A stretch of 42,895 nucleotides of DNA, taken from the NCBI GenBank assembly GCA_004297655.1, contig SCUN01000054.1, positions 1 through 42,895 of the forward strand, read 5' to 3'. This document shows, in pieces, positions 33,351 through 42,056 of this stretch (its first letter is position 1; every line of letters begins with the position of its first letter). This DNA comes from Acidobacteriota bacterium (GTDB taxonomy: Bacteria > Acidobacteriota > Vicinamibacteria > Vicinamibacterales > SCN-69-37). A model generated the notes under the pieces. That model ran no database searches and had not been told where the DNA came from. It was given only the letters and a program-made list of their open reading frames with translations. Made by a program: the position numbers and the translations under genes.

Positions 33351-33785
33351 ATGGAGCCCACAATGAAGATCACCAGAGACGTCATCAACGATTTGCTGCC
33401 GGTCTATCTCGCCGGCGAAGCGAGCAACGACACGCGCGCGCTGCTCGAGGACTACCTGCGCAGCGATCCCGCGCTCGCCGCCGAAGTGCGGCAGCAGGCC
33501 GAGAAGAGCGCGGCGCTGCTCGGCGCGCTCTCGACGTCGCTCCCGCCCGACCACGAGCGCGAGACCTTCGAGCGCATCCGCCGCCATCAGCGCGAGCGGA
33601 ATCAGTGGCTCGTCTTCGGGCTGGTGTTCGCCCTGGCGCCGCTGACGTTCGTCTTCGGCAGCGAGGGCATCGAGTGGGTGATGATGCGCGACAACCCGAA
33701 GCAGGCGGCGTTCTTCCTCGCGGCCTCGGCCGGATGCTTCATCGCGCGCGCGCTGACCGGCAGAAAGACGTCGCGCACGGCATAG
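33351..33785 (+). CDS. Putative membrane anti-sigma factor (zf-HC2-like N-terminus lacking the zinc ligands)
   Basis: It starts 3 nt after the sigma gene. INDLLPVYLAGEASNDTRALLEDYLRSDPALAAEV parallels the anti-sigma ASD helix pattern, but H-x3-C-x2-C is replaced. Two or three TM segments follow. Confidence 0.6.
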   Translation: MEPTMKITRDVINDLLPVYLAGEASNDTRALLEDYLRSDPALAAEVRQQAEKSAALLGALSTSLPPDHERETFERIRRHQRERNQWLVFGLVFALAPLTFVFGSEGIEWVMMRDNPKQAAFFLAASAGCFIARALTGRKTSRTA

Positions 33786-33794
33786 CCCCGCCGC

Positions 33795-36458
33795 CTAATC
33801 GCGAAGCGCCGACGAGGGATCCATCCGCGCGGCCCGGCGCGCCGGCAGCCACGCGGCGAGGACGCCGATCGAGGCGAGCGCGACCAGCGCCATCGCGAGC
33901 GTCATCGGGTCGCGCGGCGTGAGGCCGAAGAGCAGCGCGCCGACGAACTTCGCCGCCCAGTAACTCAGGCCGGCGCCGATAATGACGCCGGTCGCCACCA
34001 ACCAGCCCGTCCGGCCGAGGACCATCCGCACGACCGAGGTGGCGGTCGCGCCGAGCGCGATCCGAACGGCAATCTCGGTGCGGCGTTGATTCACCGCGTA
34101 CGACGTCACGCCGTACAGGCCGATACCCGCGAGGAGCAACGCGAGCGCGCCGAAAAACCCCGACAGCATCGCGACGAGCCGCTCCTGCGCCATCGATGCG
34201 CGCACCTGATCGGAGAGATCGCGGAACGAATAGGACAGCCGGCCGTCCACCTGCGTCAACGCCGAGGCCAGCGCCCGGCGCGCCGATGGCCGGTCTGTGG
34301 CGATGTTCGACGAGATCCTGAACGACGAGCTCACCCCGCCGCCTTGCAGGAATGGGAAGTACGCCGTCGCGTAGATACCCGCGCGCGAGTTGCGATAGAC
34401 CGCGTCGCTTACCAGGCCAACGATGCGGACGCGCCGGGCTTCGGGAAAATCGGCGTCGGCGATCATCACGCGACCGATCGGGTTTCCGCCGCCGATGAAC
34501 CGCTTCGCGAAGGTTTCGTTCACGACGACGACCTGCTCGGCGGTTTCGGTGTCGGTCGCGGCGACGTCGCGGCCGGCCAGGAGCCGCATCCCATAGGTCT
34601 CGAACCACCCCGGAGACACCGGGTTCACCCAGTACTCCGCAGCCTTGCCGCTCACCTCGAGGCCGCCTTCGACCTTGCCCTGACCGTTCCAACTGCTGCC
34701 GCCAACGGGCGTGATCTGCGAAATCGCCGAGTGCCGAATCCCGGGCACCGACGCGACGGCGTCGCGGATGCGCTCGTACAGCGCGCGCCGCTCCGCCGGT
34801 GTCGCCGCGCTCTGGCGCATGTCCACCGTCGTGACGAGCAGATTCGACGGGTCGAACCCCAGCGGCTGCGTCGTGAGCGACACAAACGAGCGCATGAAAA
34901 GTCCGGCCGCGACGACCAGCGAGAGTGACAGCGCGACCTGAGCGATCACGAGCGCGCTGCGCACGCCGAACCGGCGATCGCCGGTGACGCTACGGCTCTG
35001 TTCCCGGAGCGCCTCGTTGGGCGCGACCCGCGAAACGCCGAGCGCCGGCGCGAGGCCGAAGAGAATTGCCGTGCCGAACGACACGGCCGCCGTGAACGCC
35101 AGCATCCGCCAGTCCGGCGAGAGGTCGAGCGTGACGGTCGACACCGACGTCGCCAACTGACCGACCAGCAGCCGGCTCGCGAACTGCGCGACGGCCAGGC
35201 CCATCAGCCCGCCGGCGGTCGCCAGGATCAGACTCTCCGCGAGCAGTTGCCGCGCAAGCCGCGCGCGCGATGCGCCGAGGGCCAGGCGCACGCTCATCTC
35301 GTGGCGCCGGGCCGTGGCCCGCGCGAGCAGGAGGTTCGCGATGTTCGCGCACGCGATGACGAGCACCGCGCCGACGACGAAGAGGATGACCGTCAGCGGT
35401 TGGGCGTATCGCGGACGCAGCGCGGAGTCACCCGTGGCGGAGGGCACGAGCTTGAACGGATCCTTGAGATAGCGGTCCTGGAACTTCGCGGGCCATTCCT
35501 TCGGCAGAGTGGCGTCACGAATACCCGGCCGCGCCGCATTGAGCGCGAGCGTCACCTCATCGATCGTCTTTCCGCTCGGCAGGCGCATCCAGATCTCGAG
35601 CCACCACGACGTCCGGCTGTCGAGCGCGGTGTCCTTGCCGTTGATCCAGGCGTCCGTCGAGACCGGGATGATGACGTCCGAGACGCGGCCGATGTCGACG
35701 CCCTCGAAACTCGACGGCATGACGCCGACCACCGTGAACGGGTGGCGCTCGATGAGCAGCGAGCGGCCGATCACGGATGGATCGCCGCCGAAGCGCTGCT
35801 GCCAGAGACGGTAGCTCAATACGGCGACCGGACCATCCGGGCCGAACGCGCGGGTGTCATCCGCAGACGTGAAGAGTCGCCCGATCGCGGCGGTCACACC
35901 GAGCGTCTGGAAGACGTCGCCGCTCGCGTAGGCGCCGTCGACGCGATCGACCTCGCCTTCCTTCGCGAGATTGAACGACGTCGCCGACCACGCGAACGCG
36001 CCCGCCGTGAACGTCGGCGCCTGATTGCGGATGCCTTCCCAGATCGGGTTCGTCCACGAGCCATCGTCGATGCGGACAAGTTCTTCGGGCGCGCGCACCG
36101 GCAGCGGCTTCAGCACGAGGCTGTTGAGAATCGAGAAGAGCGCGGTGTTCGCGCCGATGCCGAGGGCGAGCGATACAAGCGCCACGGCCGTGACGATGGG
36201 CGTCGCGCGAAGCGAGCGGCTGGCGGCGCGAAGATCGAACTGGAAGAACGAGCGCATGACGGGTCCTCTCGGAAGACGTTCGAGCGTGCCGAACCAGACC
36301 GCGTGAATGGCGGAGGCCGCCAGGAACGTGGCGCGGCTGAACGGCCCGCGGGCCGTGGCGGCGGCGAGGTCCTGAGCGAAGGCCCGGCGCATGCCGGCGC
36401 CGAACCGCTCGCGGAACCCGCGCGGATAGAGCCTGAGGAGGAAAACGTAAAAATCCAT
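33795..36458 (-). CDS. ADOP-family duplicated FtsX/MacB-type ABC permease (no ATPase partner adjacent)
   Basis: 887 aa. N-terminal LRLYPRGFRERFGAGM prefix. Two MacB_PCD/FtsX halves. Located 11 nt downstream of a PadR gene. Confidence 0.9.
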   Translation of the reverse strand: MDFYVFLLRLYPRGFRERFGAGMRRAFAQDLAAATARGPFSRATFLAASAIHAVWFGTLERLPRGPVMRSFFQFDLRAASRSLRATPIVTAVALVSLALGIGANTALFSILNSLVLKPLPVRAPEELVRIDDGSWTNPIWEGIRNQAPTFTAGAFAWSATSFNLAKEGEVDRVDGAYASGDVFQTLGVTAAIGRLFTSADDTRAFGPDGPVAVLSYRLWQQRFGGDPSVIGRSLLIERHPFTVVGVMPSSFEGVDIGRVSDVIIPVSTDAWINGKDTALDSRTSWWLEIWMRLPSGKTIDEVTLALNAARPGIRDATLPKEWPAKFQDRYLKDPFKLVPSATGDSALRPRYAQPLTVILFVVGAVLVIACANIANLLLARATARRHEMSVRLALGASRARLARQLLAESLILATAGGLMGLAVAQFASRLLVGQLATSVSTVTLDLSPDWRMLAFTAAVSFGTAILFGLAPALGVSRVAPNEALREQSRSVTGDRRFGVRSALVIAQVALSLSLVVAAGLFMRSFVSLTTQPLGFDPSNLLVTTVDMRQSAATPAERRALYERIRDAVASVPGIRHSAISQITPVGGSSWNGQGKVEGGLEVSGKAAEYWVNPVSPGWFETYGMRLLAGRDVAATDTETAEQVVVVNETFAKRFIGGGNPIGRVMIADADFPEARRVRIVGLVSDAVYRNSRAGIYATAYFPFLQGGGVSSSFRISSNIATDRPSARRALASALTQVDGRLSYSFRDLSDQVRASMAQERLVAMLSGFFGALALLLAGIGLYGVTSYAVNQRRTEIAVRIALGATATSVVRMVLGRTGWLVATGVIIGAGLSYWAAKFVGALLFGLTPRDPMTLAMALVALASIGVLAAWLPARRAARMDPSSALRD

Positions 36459-36469
36459 GGGATTGCGGA

Positions 36470-36817
36470 CTATTTCGCGCCCAGATTGAGCTTCTTCATC
36501 CGGGCGACGAGGCCGGTGAGGCGCGCTTGCTCGGCCGCGAGCGCCTGCCGGCCCCGGGCCGTGACCCGGTAATACGCCCCTCGGCGCGGGTCATCGTCGC
36601 CCTTTGGGGCGGGCGCCTCGATGACGAGGCCCTCGTCGATGAGCGTGCTCAGGTGGCGGTAGAACGATCCTGTTTGCAGGGGGATGCTGCCGCCGGATTG
36701 TTGGCGTACCGCTTGCATTACCGCATATCCGTGAAGATCCCGTTCAGCCAGCGCCAGAAGAATGTGGAACGCGGCCGGTTTGAGCGTGGCGAATATGTCC
36801 ATATTGGATATGTCCAT
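36470..36817 (-). CDS. PadR-family transcriptional regulator
   Basis: 115 aa: FHILLALAERDLHGYAVMQAV......GSFYRHLSTLIDEGLV......RRGAYYRVTARGRQAL. The alternative start is ATG 36802. ATGGACATAT is directly repeated at the 5' end. Confidence 0.9.
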   Translation of the reverse strand: MDISNMDIFATLKPAAFHILLALAERDLHGYAVMQAVRQQSGGSIPLQTGSFYRHLSTLIDEGLVIEAPAPKGDDDPRRGAYYRVTARGRQALAAEQARLTGLVARMKKLNLGAK

Positions 36818-36877
36818 TCTACAGCTGTTGAGACGGACGTCGCCTCCGGCCGGTTAGCCGGGATAAGCTGGACGTTC

Positions 36878-37369
36878 ATGCGTCTTTTGCGATGGATCGC
36901 CAGAACGGCCGGAGCCGCGCTCGTCGGCTTCCACGTCTGGCTGCTCGCCTCGCAGTGGTCGGCCGGTCAGCTGGCCGCCGATCCGGCGCTGATCCTCCGC
37001 TGGGCCGCGTCGCTCGTCCTCGCCTCGGCCCTCATCTGGCTCGGCCGCGACGGCACCTCGCTCATCAGCCGCCGCGCCATCGTGCTCTGGCTCCTCGCGG
37101 CGCTCCTCCACGGCCCGGCCGTCGCCGCCCGCGCGGGCGAATCCGGCGCGCTCCAGTCGCTGCCAGAAACCGCCGCGACGCTGCTCATCCAGACCACCGC
37201 CGTCGCCGGCGTCCTCGTCGTCGCGCTCTGGCTCATCGCCGGATTGCTGCGCCGCCGCGACGCCGCCAACGCGGCGTGGTCGTTCGTCCGTATCGTCCCT
37301 GCCTGGGATTTCCTCGACGACGGGTTCAGTCTCGGCGTCACCGCACGGCCCCCACCAGCACACAACTAG
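36878..37369 (+). CDS. Hypothetical integral membrane protein
   Basis: 163 aa from ATG 36878 (MRLLRWIARTAGAALVGFHVWLL...). 4 TM segments, strong GC3. The upstream part of ORF 36527-37369 is antisense to padR and is rejected. Confidence 0.6.
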   Translation: MRLLRWIARTAGAALVGFHVWLLASQWSAGQLAADPALILRWAASLVLASALIWLGRDGTSLISRRAIVLWLLAALLHGPAVAARAGESGALQSLPETAATLLIQTTAVAGVLVVALWLIAGLLRRRDAANAAWSFVRIVPAWDFLDDGFSLGVTARPPPAHN

Positions 37370-37385
37370 CACAACGCGATCCAGC

Positions 37386-37409
37386 GGCGGACTTGGGGAT
37401 CAGTCCGCC
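37386..37409 (+). other. Hairpin GGCGGACT-N8-AGTCCGCC downstream of the membrane-protein gene
   Basis: 8-bp GC-rich stem with no T-tract, so it may be a terminator or processing structure. It is followed by the 12-bp palindrome CGACGTACGTCG (37421-37432) and the hairpin CGTCGCGCatgGCGCGACG (37428-37446). Confidence 0.4.
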
Positions 37410-37440
37410 CTACCGGAGACCGACGTACGTCGCGCATGGC

Positions 37441-37483
37441 GCGACGTGTGACTTGCTACTTGTGATTTGTGACGTGTGACTTG
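37441..37483 (+). promoter_or_regulatory. Two direct copies of the GACGTGTGACTTG motif upstream of the TonB-dependent receptor
   Basis: 37441-37455 reads GCGACGTGTGACTTG. 37464-37483 reads GATTTGTGACGTGTGACTTG, a 19/20 match to the complement of 679-698. The second copy ends 17 nt before ATG 37501. Confidence 0.5.
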
Positions 37484-37500
37484 ATGTGCGGGAGTGCCAA

Positions 37501-40155
37501 ATGTTCGCTCGACGTGTTTTCAGTACCTGTGTTTTTGCTGCGGCCCTGATGGCTGCAGCCTCCGCGGCGAACGCCGCGGGTCTCTCGGGCATCATCTCCG
37601 ATGCCTCCGGCGCGCCGGTGCCTTCGGCGCGCATCGTGGTTCGTGATCTGGCGACGGGCAAGGAAATCACCGTCGTGACGGGCACGGACGGCAAGTATCA
37701 GATCGACACCAAGACGAGCGGCACGTTCCTGCTCGTCGTCACGCGCGACGGCTTCGCGGAAGCGGCGCGCACGATCGTCGTCAACTCGCCGGATCAGACC
37801 ATCACGGTGCCGGTGCGCCTCGAAGTCGGCGGCGTCTCGGCGCAGGTGACGGTGACGCCGTCGCGCTCCGCGCGCGAAGCGAAGCAGATTCCGCTGAACG
37901 TGGATTCGATTTCGGGCCAGCAGATCGCCGAAACCAATCCGCTGTCGACCGGACAGTCGATCACCGCGGCGGCGAACGTGACGCCGGTTGGCGACGGCCC
38001 GTTCGGTGTGCGGCCTCGGCTGCGCGGTCTCGACTCCACCCGTTTGCTCGTGCTCGTCGACGGCGAACGGCTCAACACGGCCCGGCTCGCGACCGGCCGC
38101 GCCGGCGCGGAGACGGGCCTCGTCGCCGCCGACAACATCGAGCGCGTCGAGATCGTGAACGGCGCCGGCACGCTGATGTACGGCTCGGACGCGATGAGCG
38201 GCACGATCAACGTGACGACCAACCAGCCGAAGTTCTCAGCATCGGCGCGCGGCGTCTACGGATTCAACGGCTTCTACAGCTCGAATGAGAACGGGATGCG
38301 CGGATCCGTCGTTCTCGGGACCGAGGGCCCGAAGTTCTCGGTGCGCATCCAGGCCGGCGCGGAGCAGTTCGACAACTACACCGCCGGCAAGCTGGGCGTG
38401 GAAGACACGCGGCCGTACTACGCGGCCGGCACGCTGAAGCGGGCTGACACGATCGACACGAACTTCGGGTTCAAGTTCAAGGCGTTCCCCGACCCGTTCA
38501 ACGCGCCGTACACACGCACGGACGCCACGGTGTTGAACTCGAGCGCGAAGGCGAACTTCGTCAACGCCGCCGGCATCGCCCGGATCGACGACCGCCAGAC
38601 CGTGACGTTCCGCTACCAGCAGCGCCGCGCGAAGGACATCGGCTTCCCTGACTTCGCCGACCCGTACTTCTTCAACGCGCAGACGCTCCCGAAGAGCGAC
38701 CTCGACCGCTACTCCGCCCGGTACGAACTCCAGGCGCCGGCGTCGTGGATTCGCAACGTGTCGGTGACGGCGCGTTACCAGCAGACCGAGCGTCTGCTGC
38801 GCAACACGCTCCCGGTGCAATTCCCCGCGCCGACGGCCGTGACGTTCTTCCCGATCACCGTCTTCCGGCTCGACATCCTGTCGGAGACGACGCAGAAGGT
38901 GACGACGCCGGGACTGGATGTGCAGGCTGTCTTCGTGCCGGCCAAGAACCACCTGTTGACGGCCGGCGTGTCGTCGTATCGCGACAACAGCCGGGACTCG
39001 CGCATGACGTCCACGCAGATGTCGATGGTGGGCATGGTCGCGCTGGGCTCGCGCGGTCCGGCGGCGACGGTGTTTCCGACGCCGATCGCGCTCGGCGCGC
39101 CGACGATCGCGCACCCGGTGCGCGTGCCGAACGCCGCGCTGACCGACGTCGGCGTGTTTGCGCAGGACGAATGGCGCATCGCGCCGAAGGTCTCGCTCAC
39201 GGCGGGCCTGCGCGGCGACTACTACGTGGTGTCGAACGACGCGACGGCGGGCTACGACGTCGCCTCGATCGTCGCCGGCGCGAAGCCGGCGGTGAGCACG
39301 GAGAACTTTCCGGACGCCAACGGCGCGTCGTACTCGCGCCGCTCGCTCACCGGCGACATCGGCCTCATCGCCAACACGGGCGGCACCTTCAGCCCGTTCG
39401 TGCGGTTCGGCCGCAGCTACCGTCACCCGAACCTCGAAGAGCTCTTCTTCGCGGGCCCCGCGACGGCCGGCAGCCTCGTGCCGAACATCAAGGTGAAGCC
39501 GGAAACCGGCAACAACTTCGACGCGGGCGTGAAGATCTCGGCGGGCCGGCTGACAGGCGGCCTCTACGGGTTCGTGAACCAGTACCAGAACTTCATCGCG
39601 CAGGATCAGGTCGTCGCCTCGACCAGCTCCGGCCAGATCGCGCAGACGCGCAACATCGGCGACGTCCGTATCGGCGGGCTCGAAGCGAACGCGTCGATGC
39701 CGTTCGTCACCAGCTACGGCGTGTTCACGGTAACCGGCTCGGGCGCGTACCTGCGCGGCACGGTGCTCTCGGGCACGAACGCGATCACGAACCAGTCGCT
39801 GGCAGGCACGCCCGCCGACGACATCACGCCGTTCAAGTTCGTCGGGTCCGCGCGCTTCACCGACATCCGCAACCGGTTCTGGGTGGAGTACGGCGTGCGC
39901 ACGCAGACGAAGGTGAACCGCGTGGCCGACACGCTCCTGCAGTCGCCGTTCCTCATCGCGCAGGATCTGCTCTCGCTCGACGGGTTCACGATCCAGCGCC
40001 TGGGCGCCGGCTACACGCTCACGCAGGGCCCGCGCCGCGCGCGTCTCACGTTCGCGGTCGAGAACCTCGGCAACAAGTACTTCCGCGAGCAGTTCCAGTT
40101 CGCGCCCGCCCGCGGACGATCCATGACGCTCGGCATGTCAGTGGGAGTGTTCTGA
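37501..40155 (+). CDS. TonB-dependent outer-membrane receptor with an N-terminal carboxypeptidase-regulatory-like domain
   Basis: Signal peptide MFARRVFSTCVFAAALMAAASAANA. CarboxypepD_reg segment (GIISDASGAPVPSARIVVRDL.TGKE...TDGKYQI). Plug motifs (RVEIVNGAGTLMYGSDAMSGTINV). Long beta-barrel ending in ...GVF. A GGGAG Shine-Dalgarno sequence lies 6 nt before ATG 37501. Confidence 0.9.
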   Translation: MFARRVFSTCVFAAALMAAASAANAAGLSGIISDASGAPVPSARIVVRDLATGKEITVVTGTDGKYQIDTKTSGTFLLVVTRDGFAEAARTIVVNSPDQTITVPVRLEVGGVSAQVTVTPSRSAREAKQIPLNVDSISGQQIAETNPLSTGQSITAAANVTPVGDGPFGVRPRLRGLDSTRLLVLVDGERLNTARLATGRAGAETGLVAADNIERVEIVNGAGTLMYGSDAMSGTINVTTNQPKFSASARGVYGFNGFYSSNENGMRGSVVLGTEGPKFSVRIQAGAEQFDNYTAGKLGVEDTRPYYAAGTLKRADTIDTNFGFKFKAFPDPFNAPYTRTDATVLNSSAKANFVNAAGIARIDDRQTVTFRYQQRRAKDIGFPDFADPYFFNAQTLPKSDLDRYSARYELQAPASWIRNVSVTARYQQTERLLRNTLPVQFPAPTAVTFFPITVFRLDILSETTQKVTTPGLDVQAVFVPAKNHLLTAGVSSYRDNSRDSRMTSTQMSMVGMVALGSRGPAATVFPTPIALGAPTIAHPVRVPNAALTDVGVFAQDEWRIAPKVSLTAGLRGDYYVVSNDATAGYDVASIVAGAKPAVSTENFPDANGASYSRRSLTGDIGLIANTGGTFSPFVRFGRSYRHPNLEELFFAGPATAGSLVPNIKVKPETGNNFDAGVKISAGRLTGGLYGFVNQYQNFIAQDQVVASTSSGQIAQTRNIGDVRIGGLEANASMPFVTSYGVFTVTGSGAYLRGTVLSGTNAITNQSLAGTPADDITPFKFVGSARFTDIRNRFWVEYGVRTQTKVNRVADTLLQSPFLIAQDLLSLDGFTIQRLGAGYTLTQGPRRARLTFAVENLGNKYFREQFQFAPARGRSMTLGMSVGVF

Positions 40156-40162
40156 GAACAGA

Positions 40163-40218
40163 CCATGAAGTCATGAAGGCATGAAGATCCTCCCTTCATG
40201 TTCTTCATGTCTTCATGG
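40163..40218. terminator. Long composite hairpin: (CATGAAG)x3 - loop - (CTTCATG)x3 between convergent genes
   Basis: CCATGAAGtCATGAAGgCATGAAG atcctcc CTTCATGttCTTCATGtCTTCATGG forms three 7-8 bp helices separated by small internal loops. The last repeat overlaps the methyltransferase stop codon (40213-40215). No clear T-tract. Confidence 0.5.
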
Positions 40219-40812
40219 TGAGGATTTCCGTACAACCCAGGTGGTCATTGACCTGGAGCGGTGAACGAGAGTGGTTTTGATTGGATCGAGCAGTTGGCCG
40301 CCTAACTCGGCGGTCAGCTGCTCGAGTTGTTCAGGGGTGACGAGATACGTGAACAGCGCCTGACCGCCGGATCGTTCCGGGGCGCCGATCGACGATGCCA
40401 GGCGCACCCAGAGCATGCCGCCGGGCCGCAGTACTCGCCACATCGCGTCGACCATGGCCCGGAAGTGCGCCGCGTCCCGCGCGAAGTGCAACACGGCGCT
40501 CGACAGCACGACATCGAACGCCTCTGCGTCAAACGACAGGTTTTCAACGGCTTCGATGCGGAAGTTCTCGTCGGGGAGGCCGGTTTTCAACTCATGCGCC
40601 AGCTCGCGGACGCCGGAAACCGCGTCGGGGTTGGTGTCCACGGCGCTGACGCGGCAGCCCATCCGCATCAAATACAATATGTTGCGGCCTGAGCCACAGC
40701 CGGCGTCGAGCACCCGATCCGTCGAGCGGATCCGGTCCTTGAGCAGCTGGTCGAAAAGGTAGATGTCGATTTGACCAAACTTTTGCGCGAGAGAGCCGTC
40801 GGAACCAGACAT
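40213..40812 (-). CDS. Class I SAM-dependent methyltransferase
   Basis: Motif I VLDAGCGSGRN, then VSAVD, FDVVLSSAVLHF, LRPGGMLWV. The start is ATG 40812 (MSGSDGS...) or GTG 40827. Confidence 0.8.
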   Translation of the reverse strand: MSGSDGSLAQKFGQIDIYLFDQLLKDRIRSTDRVLDAGCGSGRNILYLMRMGCRVSAVDTNPDAVSGVRELAHELKTGLPDENFRIEAVENLSFDAEAFDVVLSSAVLHFARDAAHFRAMVDAMWRVLRPGGMLWVRLASSIGAPERSGGQALFTYLVTPEQLEQLTAELGGQLLDPIKTTLVHRSRSMTTWVVRKSSP

Positions 40813-41217
40813 ATGAAGGTTGTACACACTTTACTGCTCGCGTCGCTCGCCGCCGCCGCCGGATGCGGCAGCGACACCACGACGCCCACGCCGACCACCG
40901 TGGTCGAGACGTTCGCGAGCCGGATCCAGGAAAAGGGCTCCGCCTGGCGCTCGATCAACGTGCCAACCGCGGGTGACGTCACGATGCAGCTCGTCACGAT
41001 GTCTCAGGCGGACACGCCGCTGAATCTGGGCATCGGCACGATCTCGGGCACGCAGTGTGTGATCGCCGCGAGCGTCGATACCGTCGCGGACTCGTCGGCG
41101 GTCAAGCCGCAGCTCACGCGCAACGTTTCAGTCGGCACCTACTGCGTTCGGATCGCCGACATCGGCAAGCTCACGCAGACCGTCGACTTCTCCATCCGCA
41201 TCGAGAAGCCGCTCTAG
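40813..41217 (+). CDS. Hypothetical lipoprotein (beta-rich)
   Basis: MKVVHTLLLASLAAAAGC lipobox, then a Thr/Pro linker and a roughly 110-aa beta-rich domain with two Cys. No family recognised. Confidence 0.65.
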   Translation: MKVVHTLLLASLAAAAGCGSDTTTPTPTTVVETFASRIQEKGSAWRSINVPTAGDVTMQLVTMSQADTPLNLGIGTISGTQCVIAASVDTVADSSAVKPQLTRNVSVGTYCVRIADIGKLTQTVDFSIRIEKPL

Positions 41218-41252
41218 CCCGGGTACGTTAGGCTAGTCGCTGAGGTGCTTTC

Positions 41253-41993
41253 ATGCTGACTCGCCGCCAACTCATTATTGGTACGCCCGCTACTCTTCTG
41301 ACGACGGCGATCGCCGGCAAGGCGTTCGCCGGCACGATCGGCGTCAACGACGCCCAGGCCGCCCAACCCGCTCCGGCCGCCGGCCCGTTCACCCTGCCGC
41401 CGCTCGGCTATGCCGTCGACGCGCTCGAGCCGCATATCGACGCGCAGACGATGACGATCCATCACGACCGGCATCATCAGACGTACGTGACCAACCTCAA
41501 CAACGCCGTGGCCACCGCGCCCGAGCTGAAGACGCGCTCGGTCGAAGATCTCGTGCAGAACCTCGCGTCGCTGCCCGCCTCGGTGCAAACCGCCGTCCGC
41601 AACAGCGGCGGCGGCCATCTCAATCACACGATGTTCTGGACGAGCCTCAAGAAGGGCGGCGGCGTGCCGCCGTCGGCCGAGCTCGGCCGCGCCATCACGG
41701 CGGCCTTCGGTTCGTTCGACGCGTTGAAGACCCAGTTGACCAACACCGCGACGGGCGTCTTCGGCAGCGGCTGGGCCTGGCTCAGCCTCGACCCCGCCGG
41801 CAAGCTCATCGTCGAGCCTTCACCGAACCAGGACAACCCGATCACGAAGGGCAATACGCCGCTCCTCGGCATCGACGTGTGGGAGCACGCGTACTACCTG
41901 AAGTATCAGAACCGCCGCAAAGACTACGTCGACGCGATCTTCAACGTGATCGACTGGGACGTGGTGCAGCAGCGATTCGCCGCCAAGAAGTAG
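41253..41993 (+). CDS. sodA: Mn-type superoxide dismutase with a twin-arginine (Tat) signal peptide
   Basis: [26 protein letters not shown] leader, then [62 protein letters not shown], ending RFAAKK as in enterobacterial SodA. Confidence 0.92.
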   Translation: MLTRRQLIIGTPATLLTTAIAGKAFAGTIGVNDAQAAQPAPAAGPFTLPPLGYAVDALEPHIDAQTMTIHHDRHHQTYVTNLNNAVATAPELKTRSVEDLVQNLASLPASVQTAVRNSGGGHLNHTMFWTSLKKGGGVPPSAELGRAITAAFGSFDALKTQLTNTATGVFGSGWAWLSLDPAGKLIVEPSPNQDNPITKGNTPLLGIDVWEHAYYLKYQNRRKDYVDAIFNVIDWDVVQQRFAAKK

Positions 41994-42050
41994 CCGCGGG
42001 GCTTCAGCCCCGCGGGCGTCCGGCGGGCTAAAGCCCGCCGGCTACGTCAC
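41990..42050 (+). repeat. Two REP-like hairpins (type 1 + type 2) between convergent sodA and OMP genes
   Basis: H1 is 41994-42015, CCGCGGGGCttcaGCCCCGCGG, and the sodA TAG stop is part of the conserved GTAGCC lead-in. H2 is 42020-42041, CCGGCGGGCTaaAGCCCGCCGG, followed by CTACGTCAC. Confidence 0.8.
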
Positions 42051-42056
42051 GAACAT

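Noticed and set aside
37370-37500. A riboswitch (e.g. cobalamin) or Fur box upstream of the TonB-dependent receptor.
   Set aside because: The region is only about 130 nt. It lacks a B12-box-like GCCACTG and any GATAATGATAATCATTATC-like Fur site. Its structure is explained by two simple hairpins plus the repeated motif.
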